A DNA stretch of 64,000 nt from Albugo candida (GCA_040437565.1 JBDOQK010000011.1:248001-312000), one strand, 5' to 3'; positions 33,946-47,800 are shown, counted from the first letter of the stretch. The notes: generated from the letters alone by a model not told the origin. Program-made: numbers and translations.

Positions 33946-34761
33946 TCATGCTTGTCTTGGTGAGCTCGTAGCCCGTTGCGCGGCACGATTCCTCTCGTGG
34001 GATTGTAGATAGGTCTGAGGACGCCGAATAATCTTTTGCAAATCTTGCAACTCTTTACGCATTTCTTCCATGAAATCAGGCGTTTGACTGTCATTTGCTG
34101 AACATAACACCCGCTCAGTGAATCGTAAAATGTGCTGCTTCATGAGGATTTTTTCTTTAGCAATGCCGTTGTATTGCCGATACGACACAGTTGCTACGAT
34201 AGAAACAAAGTGAGACACGTGCCGGATGATCGAAGTAGCTTGTGCATAGGTCTGTCACGTACCCATTTGCCGACTGTGTAGATTTTGTAGTTCGGAAGCA
34301 TTAAATTGTTGTTGCATATCGCGCAGCTCATTTTTTGTATTGTACAAAATTTGCCGCATTTGAATCAATTTTCGCTCGGCTGCAAACAAGCGCTGCTTCA
34401 AAGCTTGATTCCATTCATGCAAACCATGTAAATCTGCACGATCTGACGAGTTGACTTCATCGTCATTCGGCGACTCCAAAATTGCGGTCACTACTTCTCC
34501 ATCATTCTGCGGAGTGGAAATGCGTCCTCGTGCATTCGGTGTTATAGAGTCATTTTCGAGGGCACTTGAAGGATAGTGAGAAATCCCGAGTAACGGTCCA
34601 TCGATAAACAGAGGAATAATTCGTTTTGTCCGGATTCGACAAAGTGCACAACGTCCGAAACGGGTTATCATTTGCTCAATACAGGCGAAATGGAACACAT
34701 GCCCGCAAGGTAATGCCGCATGATCACGCAGTAACTCTTCCAAACAAATTGCACATGACAT
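33946..34761 (-). CDS. RING-H2 finger plus coiled-coil protein (TRAIP-like layout)
   Basis: CAIC...LPCGHVFHFACI...CALC; coiled coil; probable intron 34194-34262. Confidence 0.8.
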
Positions 34762-36203
34762 CGTTCCTGCCGTTTGGATAATAATACGCAGACCAGACTT
34801 TTATGATGAGCAAGTCATTTTCAATCACAGACACGTCTTGGTACAGAGAAAGATTTGAACTATTGATTTTGATCCATTATTGATGATTTTTTTCTTTGAA
34901 GTAACGGTTTCCAGAATTGCAAAGAGAATTCGTGAATGATGNNNNNNNNNNNNNNNNNNNNNNNNNNNNNNNNNNNNNNNNNNNNNNNNNNNNNNNNNNN
35001 NNNNNNNNNNNNNNNNNNNNNNNNNNNNNNNNNNNNNNNNNCCGCAAGGTAATGCCGCATGATCACGCAGTAACTCTTCCAAACAAATTGCACATGACAT
35101 CGTTCCTGCCGTTTGGATAATAATACGCAGACCAGACTTTTATGATGAGCAAGTCATTTTCAATCACAGACACGTCTTGGTACAGAGAAAGATTTGAACT
35201 ATTGATTTTGATCCATTATTGATGATTTTTTTCTTTGAAGTAACGGTTTCCAGAATTGCAAAGAGAATTCGTGAATGATGTATCCCGATGGATGCCATCA
35301 ACTAATCGAATCAGTAAAGTGATGGTCATGAAGTGGAATGATTGTCAATGTTGGCGACATCTTTCGGAATTTCTAGAGCCGAACAAAGATCTGTCGCAAC
35401 CCCGCTTTGTGACCATCCTTTATGCTTCTCATACGTATCGCGGTAACATGAACATGTATCCAGGCATAAATCACTTGACTCGTAAAGAGCGCACTTCGCG
35501 ATTGAGAATTGCGATTATACTGTGCAAGAATTGCTGAACATACTTAAACGCGGCAACATATCAAACCAATGTCCATGTCTCCAATGCTTTGTATTGTGTG
35601 AGCAGCGTAGATTGTATTTTCTTGTATACTGGAGTAAGCGTGAATAGTATGAAGATTTCGATATATATACACGTGTTCCAGTCTTTCTCCCTTCGATGAC
35701 TTCGACTCGGATGTCAGGTCGATCCATTTTAGACTTCGACGCCACCCAAATATGCTTGCATATCGTGTCGCTTGCCTTGAATTCCTCGACCTTGTAATTA
35801 CCACTAACAAGCTGACGTCTTCTCTACGTTTAATTCACTATGAATCCATGTCGTAAAATGAATCTCATGTTCTGCAGGATGTACCATCGGGACAAGCGCT
35901 TTCATTATAATGAGCATCGCAGACTTGCTGCATGTGAGAATTTAAGATGTGCTCTGGCTGATTGATGCAAACGGCCAATTTCAGTGAAATTAAGATTTCC
36001 CTTTAAATATCTTGTAAGTTAGCTAGGAATGGTGGCTTCTTTCGCACTTCCTTCGCGTCATATGAGATGATTCTTGGATTCTCGACTTAAGTACGATATA
36101 CACCCCAGAGGTTTATTGAAAGTCATTTTATTTTAGCATATCGGTTGCTGCAAAGTGATGGGAACCGTCACCATTCCTCTATTACAAGAAGCTCATTTGA
36201 ACA

Positions 36204-37837
36204 ATGAGCATGCTGCCTCAGTCTCCTTCTGTTGCTCCATCACCATCAAGTGACATCATGAAGACGAATCCTGTACAGAGAAAGGTAGATAATGATCACG
36301 AATATCTACGATTTCATGTGGATCCAGTTCTGATGCCTCTGATTGAGACATTACTGCTGTATCAACCTCAATGCATACACGAATTCATTCGTGACTATAC
36401 CGATGACAGCAAGGTAAAAAGATTCCAGCATCGAAAATATACTTTTCCATCACGCCGGTCTGGTATCCGAGATGGAATGGTCGAGTACATGTCAAGCAAA
36501 GTAATTCCTCTGATGGATGATTTGTCAAGACAGATTTTGAAGAGGAGACCTGCCAATGTGCGAGGTAATGCATGTCACCGCGCTTACTGCTTAGCGATCT
36601 AACGGAATTTTTCTTCATAAGAATTTATTAGATCAAGTGTCGCAGCTCGTATGACCCATGAAAAAATGAAAACGCAGGAGCTTGCGTATGATGAACTTGC
36701 AATCGGAAGCCGCATAATGTGCCGATATAAAGGCCGACCGCGAGCGTTTCCTGGCTTTGTCGAACGACTCAGTCCGGATGGGGAACACTTTGATATCGTG
36801 TATGACGACGGTCGAAAAGAAAAAAATGTGCACAGGCTGTGTGTGCACAAAGAAATTCCTTCCGACGAATCCCTATTACGTGGCAAAGATACTGTATTGT
36901 CTAACACAAAAATGGATATGGTATTACTCGTTATCGGGCTTGATGGGGCCGGAAAAACCACTCTTTTGTCTACATTGCAGGGTGATCCCGAGAAGGAGCA
37001 CGTATCTAGCGCTGGGTTTTCTTCTACTACATTTGAAATTGCAGGGGGAACAGCCACCTTCTATGACCTCGGAGGTGGGCCCGCTTTTAGGAACGTCTGG
37101 GAAGAATATTATGCTGATGTAAAGAAGCTATATTGATAAGATCGCATTGTATTGATATATTTATTCATTAGGTTCATGGCGTCGTTTTCGTGGTGGACAC
37201 ATCAGCGCGTACTTTGATAGATGAAGCGACTTCAACACTCAATAGAGTAGCTTCGGATGAGCGGATAAAACAAAAACCAATATTGATGTGCGTAGTACTG
37301 ACTGCCATTTCATACATTAACAGGGTGCTCTTTAGTTTTGCGAACAAACAGGATGTTTCGAGTGCTATGAACGAAAATGTCATCACTTTAAAGTTCCACC
37401 TTGATGAATCAGAGCGTGTCAAACTTGTTCCGTGCATTGCAAAGCCTTCTCGGAACAAAGATCTGGTGGATGAGAGACTAGAGCAAGGTTTAAAATGGCT
37501 TCTCGAAGTGGTCTCATGCGACTTTTATAAAATTGATGGTCGCGTACAAGTAGACCGAATGAAGAAAAAACAATTAGATTTTGAGCGTAAAGAAGCTCAA
37601 CGAGCCCGTGTCATGGCTTGGAGAGAAGATAAGGAACGAATTGAGATGTTTCGGCATGATACACATGCTAAGGAAACTATTTTGACGATCAATACAAGAA
37701 GTGAGATGGATGTTCGAGATTTTACAACTAATAAAGCAATTATATGCTGGAATTGCAGCATACGACCAGCCGTGACGAAATGTGCGGCTTCCAAATGGAT
37801 GCCTGTTTGCGATGAATGTGCACGATCGCTGAAATAA
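36204..37837 (+). CDS. ARL13-like small GTPase with two Dpy-30-like motifs, a Tudor-like domain and a C-terminal Cys4 finger; 3 introns
   Basis: GLDGAGKTT, FYDLGGG, FANKQD, following coiled coil; YLRFHVDPVL..P..I.EFI repeated twice; FDIVYDDG.KE Tudor-like stretch; CWNC...C...CDEC; introns ~36564-36620, 37119-37171, 37288-37335. Confidence 0.85.
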
Positions 37838-38548
37838 GCAGCAGTATCATTATGGCTGTTCGCTACTTTTTACTGAATGAGAGCTGTATAAACTGCATTT
37901 GGCGAGCAAGATCAAAGAACAATTTTCTTCGGGTCAATGGACTACGACAGTAAAAGAACCAATCGAAGTTACTAACGAATATTACAGCCACAACTCACAC
38001 GCAAGTAGAACAGATCCAACACAAAGTCTGGAGCTCTATTACGCCTTGTGCTAGTAGGGAGCCGATTCTAGCTATCAACAGAGTTGATTGTCCGCTCCTG
38101 AACTCTGACTTGAAGCTAACGCACTTACACGAATAGAACAACCCAAGGCCGCTGCTCTGGCTACGCCTTACTGCTTGACAACAAAATATTGCTTGATTAA
38201 GCATGTCGAGGAACGTGAATTGGCAGGACCGGAAACTGATGGACGAAATTGTTCAGTGCTGGACGTCAATGCGGGAATCAAATAGTCGAAATGATTTTAT
38301 GAAGTTCGCCCGCAATCGCGGATGAGTTCATTCAACATGTGTTAGTCTGTGGTTCGCCATGTGGTTCTGGGCGACGTGCTACGGGATCGCGGCTGACATT
38401 TATTACCAACTTTGCTAATGTATAATGGGATGGCCGTTCATGCTTTCGACTATCATGCAGTCATGTGGTGCCATGCCTGGATTGTTCACAACAGACAATA
38501 TCTATCCAGAAGTTTTGTAGATATTCCCAGTAAAGAGGTTACACACCA

Positions 38549-40787
38549 CTAGAGTTTTGATTTGCTAGGTAGTAGGCTGGGTGCGATCGTTGTGGCTGCT
38601 TGGATAATCCTACATTGAGATTTCTCGTCCATGCTAGTACCCACTGTGTTCCCATATTGCACTTCGCCATGAAGCAGGGTGAGAAACGCACAAACTGCGT
38701 GACCGAGCGCCAAGCTGCGAGGAGAGAGCATGTAATGAAATTGATGACTTGCGTGTGGAAATTCGAGATAGACGTCCCCAATGATCGGTTTGTCAGATGT
38801 TACATTACGGTATTGGTGAATCGATTCAACGAATAGTGCAGAATCCGCGCAGGGTACAAGGGCATCTTCTACTCCATGTGCAACAAAAAAAGGTGGTAAT
38901 CTCATGTTGACGCCCTCTTCACTATATTTTCGGATCCAATACAGCGGAGAGGCTTCTTCAAATGCATTAGGTGCATCTTCGATTGAAGTTTGCATTATGA
39001 GAGCCCCCAAGCCTTCGATGAAACGATGGTCTCGGATTCTCTTGTAATAAAGTCCATGACGATCGGTAAAATCATGCACACCGTAAAGGTCGATGCAAGC
39101 TTTGACACTCGTATCAACGTCCTCAAAACCAGGCTGATATATGCTATTACAGGATGTGAGTGCAACGAGGGCCGCCAAGTGACCGCCAGCAGACTCCCCG
39201 GCAGCAACAATGTAGTCCGAGTTGGCTTGGTATCGCGTAGATCCATGCCGGCGCAAAAATGCAATTCCATGCTTCAAATCTATGAGTTGTGTTGGAAATC
39301 TCACAATGGGGGACAGCCGATAGTCAAGCACGCATACAACCCAGCCCAGCATTGCAATCTAATAAAGGATGCTTTGGTCATACGAATGGAGTACAGAAGC
39401 GTTTGTAGGNNNNNNNNNNNNNNNNNNNNNNNNNNNNNNNNNNNNNNNNNNNNNNNNNNNNNNNNNNNNNNNNNNNNNNNNNNNNNNNNNNNNNNNNNNN
39501 NNNNNNNNNACTCCATGTGCAACAAAAAAAGGTGGTAATCTCATGTTGACGCCCTCTTCACTATATTTTCGGATCCAATACAGCGGAGAGGCTTCTTCAA
39601 ATGCATTAGGTGCATCTTCGATTGAAGTTTGCATTATGAGAGCCCCCAAGCCTTCGATGAAACGATGGTCTCGGATTCTCTTGTAATAAAGTCCATGACG
39701 ATCGGTAAAATCATGCACACCGTAAAGGTCGATGCAAGCTTTGACACTCGTATCAACGTCCTCAAAACCAGGCTGATATATGCTATTACAGGATGTGAGT
39801 GCAACGAGGGCCGCCAAGTGACCGCCAGCAGACTCCCCGGCAGCAACAATGTAGTCCGAGTTGGCTTGGTATCGCGTAGATCCATGCCGGCGCAAAAATG
39901 CAATTCCATGCTTCAAATCTATGAGTTGTGTTGGAAATCTCACAATGGGGGACAGCCGATAGTCAAGCACGCATACAACCCAGCCCAGCATTGCAATCTA
40001 ATAAAGGATGCTTTGGTCATACGAATGGAGTACAGAAGCGTTTGTAGGGTCACACGAACCTGGTAGACAAATGAATAAGGTGGATGCTTACGACTTCCAA
40101 CCATCCATCCTCCTCCATGAATATAAATCAAGATGGGTGCATTAGTTACGTTACTCCGCCGATACACGTTCATCCTCAGATGCTTGAGGTTGTATCGCCC
40201 GAAATGCATGTACGTGACGTTTTCCTCTTTGATAACATCGGGATAACACCACGGCACTAGTATTGATTGTGGGAATGGAAGCCAGATGCAGCACCATTCT
40301 TTCCATGTCAAAATTCCGATCGTATTGATTAGCTTTGGTGGCAAGCCTGAAGCACGCAATGCTTTGCGTATGAAATGTTTTGAGCCCAAATTGTATTCTA
40401 GTAATTTGAAAAACCGAACGATGGAAATGGAATGCACAACGGCCGCAAAAGACCCTATCCAGGTCGAGAGTAACAAAGGATGAAACCGAACCACGTTACA
40501 AAGTAGAGCAATGTCGAATAGAACAAGCTTGGAAGAAAATTCAGACGGGATAGTATTGAAGATGAATGTGAGTGGCGTCTGCGTCGTTGCATCGATAAGT
40601 CAGAAAATGATATAAAACGACAAAGCAAGCTGACACAACTCACATCGAAAGTGGTCTGAGAAACCTTCAATTGCCTGGAGGCAGTATGCAGTATCGTTGT
40701 GAGAATGAGATAAGCATATTTGAGTTGTGTGATAGGCATCTTGGCCATTCTCGCGAGGACGAATCGAAAAGTGAAGCAATGCACCAT
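38549..40787 (-). CDS. HSL-family alpha/beta hydrolase (esterase/lipase) with hydrophobic N-terminus; spans a gap duplication
   Basis: HGGGW, DYRLSP, GESAGG, HG..D.LV, catalytic His (ASHQF); introns near 40590-40643 and 39997-40059; start approximate. Confidence 0.88.
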
Positions 40788-41989
40788 TATCCAGAGAAAG
40801 GCATCTTTTCTGCGTCTTTCGGGAACGACATCAACACTATCGAAAATTTTGTCGTACAATAATTATTTAAATTCAGCTGGATCAGATTTGTACAAGAAAA
40901 AAGCAGCTTGAGAGGAAACAGCGAAATGTTTGCTTGTGTAGAGGTGTAGCTATGAGCCCATCTTTTGAAGATAAAGAGCAGCAACCACATGAATCTCTTT
41001 TCCAATAAAACCTGTTTAAGTGTATACTATCCAAGGATATCATGCATCCACGTAAAACTCGGATCTTGCGAGCTATTGATTATGGTTTGATGTGCCTAGA
41101 GTATGTGCTACTGTAGAGTTTTATCCCATAAAAATTGGGATTGTTTGTCAAAGCAGCTAGCAAGAGAGTAGATCGAGCAGAAGCCATGAATTGTTTATGA
41201 GATTTTTAGCAAATTTCTGTCTCCTTATAGTTTCTTATAAAATATACCCCGAATAAATCAAGTGGATGGAGAGTTTTCAAGTGCAATGCTTGCTGAGCTT
41301 TGTGCTCCATCTATCTCAACTATATAAAGACACCAACTCCGAACGTGTTGCGTGATCCGTGTACGTGATACATGATGCACAAGCCTCATCCATGCAGCAC
41401 AAATGCTCGCAACTACAAAGAATGTGTAAGCCACCCACAACTTTATGCTGGAAGGATAAGTGATCTATGCAGCATCCAAACACTACTTCCACTATCAAAT
41501 ATGCTTAATGGTAAAGCGTGTGGACTGGGGGACTGAGAGAATGCTAAGGCTTTTGACAGGTTTCATTGAATCAGGAATCAGCCTCAATCCGAGACCTTTC
41601 TGTAGCAGCCTCAGTGAAGTGGTTCGATTGGCTACTTCGATGTTCGAAACCCTGGAGGTGCCGCTTTGATGGTGATAGACGTCAACTGGATTTTATAAAG
41701 TCGCATCGCGCTCAGAACCTTTCCTTTCGCCTCGTCTTAGCTCGCCCAAAAAGCTAAATACGGTTTTAATACCACTAGCAAGGCAGAATTCTATTTAATT
41801 TTGTTACATGCGAGGCATGATATCGATAAAAGTTATTGTTTGCGAGCACATACCAGCTATTTCATGCTTCGTTAGTATATATTTATTGCTTCCGAGTGAT
41901 CCAAACGGAACTTGCAGAGTCGCTTGCTTGCTGCCTGCATTTAGTTTAAATTAGAATTCAACAATTCGAATGATAGCAGTGGCCAAAAG

Positions 41990-44224
41990 ATGAACAAAAT
42001 AACGCTTCAATGCTGGCGGTTATGCAACGCATTTTTACGATATGTTTTGACTTCAACTCGACTCACGATTACGATTTGCGCTATGTTATGTTTTCTTGGT
42101 CAGGATGTTATAGTTCAGAAGGTTATATCAACGGCGATAGCATTAGGGTGTCTGGCATTGCTGCATTCGCTTTTGGAGCAAAATAATGAACCCATAAGTC
42201 ATCACGAACCAAAAAGACACACATCTGATAACGAGAAGTTGAATCAGCCTGGAACTGAGAGACCTAGTTTTGATCAAAGTGAACAGGCCATGTCGCCAAG
42301 ATCCGGGGAAATATTTGGAGTAACACCCGATTGCAAGCGTATTGGAGCTCAGCAGGAAGTTTATAATCTTCTAAAGCTTAGCGAGAAGAACGTGAACGTC
42401 ATAAAATACATCGACCACGACGAGTCAAGATTTCGAGGTGGTCACAAGCGTAGAAATGGGATTGAGTCACGTCGTGAAACAAAGACAGCAAGTTACCGCG
42501 CAGTGCGTACAAGAAAGTCGAGGTATGTACTGACTTCAATTTCATATAATCACAAATGCGAGAAAGCAGAAACACCAACGCCTTTATCAACACCTCCACG
42601 CTCATATTCAGCCACATCTACGTGTTCTTCTCCATCACCATGCTCTCAATATGGAAATAATCATCTGAAGATTCATCCTTTGTCAACCGATGCAGAGAAA
42701 CGGTACAAGCACAATGAGAGTGATAATCCATCTTACGTTTATGCACTTGATTTACAATTGAAGCGTGATGATTTATCAAATAATTTTCGCAGCAATAACT
42801 ATAACAATCCAATACTACTCGAAAATCAGAAGAGCTGTGAGAATGGATGGAAAGAACGCACCTTTCAAACAAATCAAACAGGAGGTAACAATCAAGTGGC
42901 GCTTACAACAGGCTTCATATCGCCGGAAGACTGGCTTTTGCATAGACAGAAGTCTAAAACGCAAACATTCCGCACTCACCTCGCTAAAAGACCAAAAGGA
43001 GACGAAAGACGGCAACTACAATTAGTTGCTCGTCGCTTATATAAGGGATTATCACTGGAAAAGAGACTTCGATTTGTGTCGAGACGTATTTATTGTAAAG
43101 TCGTTTTCAATCGATTCAAACTGAGAAAAAAAATCAATGCAGGTCTGTGCCGCTTTCAAGCATTGTGGAGAGGAAACCAATGCAGGACCCGGCGAGCAAA
43201 GTTACTTCTGATCAGAGAGTGGATAAAACGAAAGCACAGTCAGTCGAAGAAACACGCTTTATTCCATTTTGTTTGTATTCACATCACGAAGAAGCAGGTC
43301 TTCCAGGCTATTAAGAGCAACTCAGTTGATCGAAAGAATGCAGGAAGCCATATATCCGAGTTTATCCAGCGGTGGCTAGAACGAAGCAAAAGACTCGAAC
43401 AAAGTAAGCTCGAAAAGTGCAGGAAGAGACGTCAACAAAGAGACAAGTATCTACGATTTAGGTTTCTGCTTTTTTCAACTTTGAGCAGAAATGAATTGGA
43501 TTCGAATACACTGACGAACGAGTTGAAACGCTGGGTGTCTCGTGTACTGGCACAGATTGACTGCGAATGCAGAGTGATTCCACCTTCCGACTTGAGTTTC
43601 GAAAAAGGAAAACTTTTTTTCTCACTCGAATTCTCCTTTGGTCGGATGTCAGGATCTCGATTGGAACCACGGACTACCAACATGGCAAAAAAAGCGGCTC
43701 ATCGATTTGGTCCGCTGGTCATGGAGAGACTTATTCGTCGGCCTCAGCAGCTGCATGTGCTCAAGAGATGGGTGAATCGCGTCTTCGTATTTCGTCGCCA
43801 TCGCAATGCTTTTTACTGCGCCCGAATACGTATGTTCGCGGCTACATATCTCATTCAGGTAGCAATCAAGTGTCGATTCGCAAACATGTTGCTAGCAGCA
43901 AAAAGCAGGTATTTCTACGGCATTTGCAACTGTGTTGAACTCATTCATCTTGGAACTCGCATTCGGGCGGCCATTATTTTGCAGGCAACTTGGAAGTATA
44001 CTCAAGCATTTCGTTATTGGCGACGATATATCTCAGTTTGCAAAATTCGAATTGTGGTGCTAGCAGACCTCTCAAAGAAGTGCAAGGAACATATTCGGAT
44101 TAAAGGGCTACATCATCTGGTGAATGAGTTTCAGTCAGCGTGGCTGACAAGCAAAATACCGGTGTCGCATCGGAGTAAGATCAGCGCTGTACTTATCCAG
44201 AAAAATTTATCAGGCTGGCGATAA
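41990..44224 (+). CDS. Hypothetical basic protein with IQ-like motifs and N-terminal hydrophobic segments
   Basis: 744-aa ORF; FQALWRGNQCR, ILQATWKY, LIQKNLSGWR. Confidence 0.7.
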   Translation: MNKITLQCWRLCNAFLRYVLTSTRLTITICAMLCFLGQDVIVQKVISTAIALGCLALLHSLLEQNNEPISHHEPKRHTSDNEKLNQPGTERPSFDQSEQAMSPRSGEIFGVTPDCKRIGAQQEVYNLLKLSEKNVNVIKYIDHDESRFRGGHKRRNGIESRRETKTASYRAVRTRKSRYVLTSISYNHKCEKAETPTPLSTPPRSYSATSTCSSPSPCSQYGNNHLKIHPLSTDAEKRYKHNESDNPSYVYALDLQLKRDDLSNNFRSNNYNNPILLENQKSCENGWKERTFQTNQTGGNNQVALTTGFISPEDWLLHRQKSKTQTFRTHLAKRPKGDERRQLQLVARRLYKGLSLEKRLRFVSRRIYCKVVFNRFKLRKKINAGLCRFQALWRGNQCRTRRAKLLLIREWIKRKHSQSKKHALFHFVCIHITKKQVFQAIKSNSVDRKNAGSHISEFIQRWLERSKRLEQSKLEKCRKRRQQRDKYLRFRFLLFSTLSRNELDSNTLTNELKRWVSRVLAQIDCECRVIPPSDLSFEKGKLFFSLEFSFGRMSGSRLEPRTTNMAKKAAHRFGPLVMERLIRRPQQLHVLKRWVNRVFVFRRHRNAFYCARIRMFAATYLIQVAIKCRFANMLLAAKSRYFYGICNCVELIHLGTRIRAAIILQATWKYTQAFRYWRRYISVCKIRIVVLADLSKKCKEHIRIKGLHHLVNEFQSAWLTSKIPVSHRSKISAVLIQKNLSGWR

Positions 44225-44891
44225 ATCGTATATATCTTGTGATTTATGAGAACCAAACAGAGAAATCGGTGTTCTGGACTGAAGAAGACATTCCACATTC
44301 ACTCTCCGCATGCACGCTGACGTGGCATTTTTGGACATGACTCTGGACGGCTGGTATGATACCAAAACGTGTACTCGATACATAGATGCGTCTCTCTTAA
44401 TCATCGGGATTGAACACACCTCAGACATGTTGTTTGGATACTCGATGTCTCAACGGGATCATTTGAGCGAGTAGTTCGGATCCATTGTCCACTTACGATA
44501 TACCATTGACGGTGCAGTCGACTATCGAATGGCCTCAGTGAAATCTCCATCATCAGATCAACAAACACAAAGTACTTCTAAACAATCAAAGTAGTCGTCA
44601 TCGTCATTTACAGATCCCCTCAAGGTCTAGATTTGCGTATCAAAGGAGAATGATGATGCGTTCATGAATCCTGACTATTTCTTCGCAACTTTTACATGGA
44701 CTCCGTGCTGTTGCACTATGTCCCGGGTTAAGGAATTAACTCGGTTCAATCATGTTCTCCATCCAGATCCTCAATCCACCTAGCCTTTGTATCCAATAGC
44801 CAAAGAATACTGCTCATGATCCCAAGAATCTACAACAAAGCAATTTTACTTTCTTGATTTTTTGAACCCGCTCGTGCTTTTACCTGCCGGC

Positions 44892-47800
44892 CTATTTATT
44901 TTTTTTTAAAAATGAGGGCGTGAGTTTCCGTATCCTTAGTTCAAGGTCGCTAATGTCGAAGTCAGGATGAGCTTTGGAGAGCGCCGCTTGGAGAACCTAC
45001 AAATCCCAAATGTGAGCATGAATTGAATTGGGAGCTCACCGCAGTATCCAACCTGAAGCATCATATCTTCCAGTGTAGGGTCTTGATTGGAAGTTTCGAG
45101 TGTGTTCAAAAGGCCTTGTACCACGATTTGGAAGATGGGCGTAAGATTTTGCTGTTTCGCATGTTCAACTGCATGAAGTAGCGCTTTACAGCAACATATT
45201 CGCGCTTGTATCGGAAGTGGATGCCTCTTCAACATCCCTAGCTGATCGACTAGTGTACCAGTAGCAGGAAGTGACACTTTTCTCCAGTTCTCAACTTTTG
45301 GATAACCATACGACGCCAGTAGCACCATGACCTCAGAGAGCGTTAATTCGACTAGGCTTGATACTGAAGCACTAGTAACCTCCAGGCATTNNNNNNNNNN
45401 NNNNNNNNNNNNNNNNNNNNNNNNNNNNNNNNNNNNNNNNNNNNNNNNNNNNNNNNNNNNNNNNNNNNNNNNNNNNNNNNNNNNNNNNNNTCAAGGTCGC
45501 TAATGTCGAAGTCAGGATGAGCTTTGGAGAGCGCCGCTTGGAGAACCTACAAATCCCAAATGTGAGCATGAATTGAATTGGGAGCTCACCGCAGTATCCA
45601 ACCTGAAGCATCATATCTTCCAGTGTAGGGTCTTGATTGGAAGTTTCGAGTGTGTTCAAAAGGCCTTGTACCACGATTTGGAAGATGGGCGTAAGATTTT
45701 GCTGTTTCGCATGTTCAACTGCATGAAGTAGCGCTTTACAGCAACATATTCGCGCTTGTATCGGAAGTGGATGCCTCTTCAACATCCCTAGCTGATCGAC
45801 TAGTGTACCAGTAGCAGGAAGTGACACTTTTCTCCAGTTCTCAACTTTTGGATAACCATACGACGCCAGTAGCACCATGACCTCAGAGAGCGTTAATTCG
45901 ACTAGGCTTGATACTGAAGCACTAGTAACCTCCAGGCATTGCTGGATTAAAGCAGCTAAGCAGCATACACAGCCTTCTCGAATATGATCAAATGAAGTGA
46001 CGCATGTCAATCCCTTGGCATTGAATGGGACTGGTATACTCGTAATACCAAGAAGCAAAATCACGATTCGTGACACTATATAGTCGGAGCACGTGATATG
46101 ACGTTGAAATATCGCGCTTCCTTCTCGCTGAGCAAGGCGATTGAGATAATACACCAGCGACTTTGCCATCGTCAACTGGCAACTGGAATTATCGGTAGAG
46201 ACTCGAGATCCATTAGTCCGTTGTGACCACCAAGTATGTTCTCCTTTATCATCAGTAATGTTTACACTATCCAGAAATGCTTCCAATTCACGAGCAATGC
46301 GCTCAAAGCCATACTCCACATGAAATTTCAAGAGAATCTCGACACTCAGCATGTTGATCTCTTTCGAACTATTTGCATCTTTCAAAGTGGCAATCATTCG
46401 TTCGTAAACAGCATGCCTAACGTCTTCTCCAGTCTTGGTCAACGAGTCAACACAATCATGCGAAAGCGACTACCAGGGAGCGCGATTGAGTGATTGCCGC
46501 ACATGTATATACACAAGCTTGAATGCGCTTACTCGTTCATCGCTGCAACTTGGAAACCAGAACATCTTCTCTGGAACCACCCGCAATGCAACAAAAGGAC
46601 ACAGTCTTGCAAATACCAATGCTTCCGCTTGATACGATACCTTTGTCGTGTTCTGCATCTTTTCTAGGTGGTCAAGATCCTGTAATGCATTAAAAAAGAT
46701 ATGCCATAGGAGTTTATCCATCATTGTCTCGAACCAATTACCTTTAATTTGAGCAAGACGCTATTTGCAAGGTTTTGGAAAACTTGGTTGACCACCCCGT
46801 TCTTTCCAGGGCTATCGAGATTGCTGACATGCTCTAATGCATCCCTCAGCATTTTGATATGAACTCCGTCACGCGGAGAGTTCATCATTTGACGCAATAA
46901 CACTTGTATCATGATTCTGCAGCGGCACGGCGTGATCACCTGGTAGACACTGGATGGGTAGGAAACGGACGGTAAGCCGAAATATTTAATCGAATTCTGA
47001 ACACATTTACTTTCGAATTGCTGTAACCATTTGAGTTTGCTTCTTATTTCTGACCTCTTCAGCGTCGAGTGCCTTTTCTGATCGATATCTGCTCACATTC
47101 ATCCAGTCCGAAGGAGATGTCACAAAAAGGGGTTCTGATACTTGATCAATCAAATTTAGAGCATGCCGTAATCGAGCAAACAACCTAGTGAANNNNNNNN
47201 NNNNNNNNNNNNNNNNNNNNNNNNNNNNNNNNNNNNNNNNNNNNNNNNNNNNNNNNNNNNNNNNNNNNNNNNNNNNNNNNNNNNNNNNNNNNATACCTTT
47301 GTCGTGTTCTGCATCTTTTCTAGGTGGTCAAGATCCTGTAATGCATTAAAAAAGATATGCCATAGGAGTTTATCCATCATTGTCTCGAACCAATTACCTT
47401 TAATTTGAGCAAGACGCTATTTGCAAGGTTTTGGAAAACTTGGTTGACCACCCCGTTCTTTCCAGGGCTATCGAGATTGCTGACATGCTCTAATGCATCC
47501 CTCAGCATTTTGATATGAACTCCGTCACGCGGAGAGTTCATCATTTGACGCAATAACACTTGTATCATGATTCTGCAGCGGCACGGCGTGATCACCTGGT
47601 AGACACTGGATGGGTAGGAAACGGACGGTAAGCCGAAATATTTAATCGAATTCTGAACACATTTACTTTCGAATTGCTGTAACCATTTGAGTTTGCTTCT
47701 TATTTCTGACCTCTTCAGCGTCGAGTGCCTTTTCTGATCGATATCTGCTCACATTCATCCAGTCCGAAGGAGATGTCACAAAAAGGGGTTCTGATACTTG

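Noticed and set aside
34239-34262. 24-nt intron or TGA readthrough in the RING gene
   Set aside because: A better pyrimidine-rich acceptor at 34194 gives a normal 69-nt intron that removes the stop.
35300-35900. Short minus-strand ORFs here, and similarly at 12190-12600, 40900-41700, 51800-52300 and 57145-57950
   Set aside because: No consistent exon chain or recognisable motif could be built; small genes cannot be excluded.
39359-39991. Second alpha/beta hydrolase gene (likewise the second RING start at 35100)
   Set aside because: Same gene seen twice through a gap overlap.
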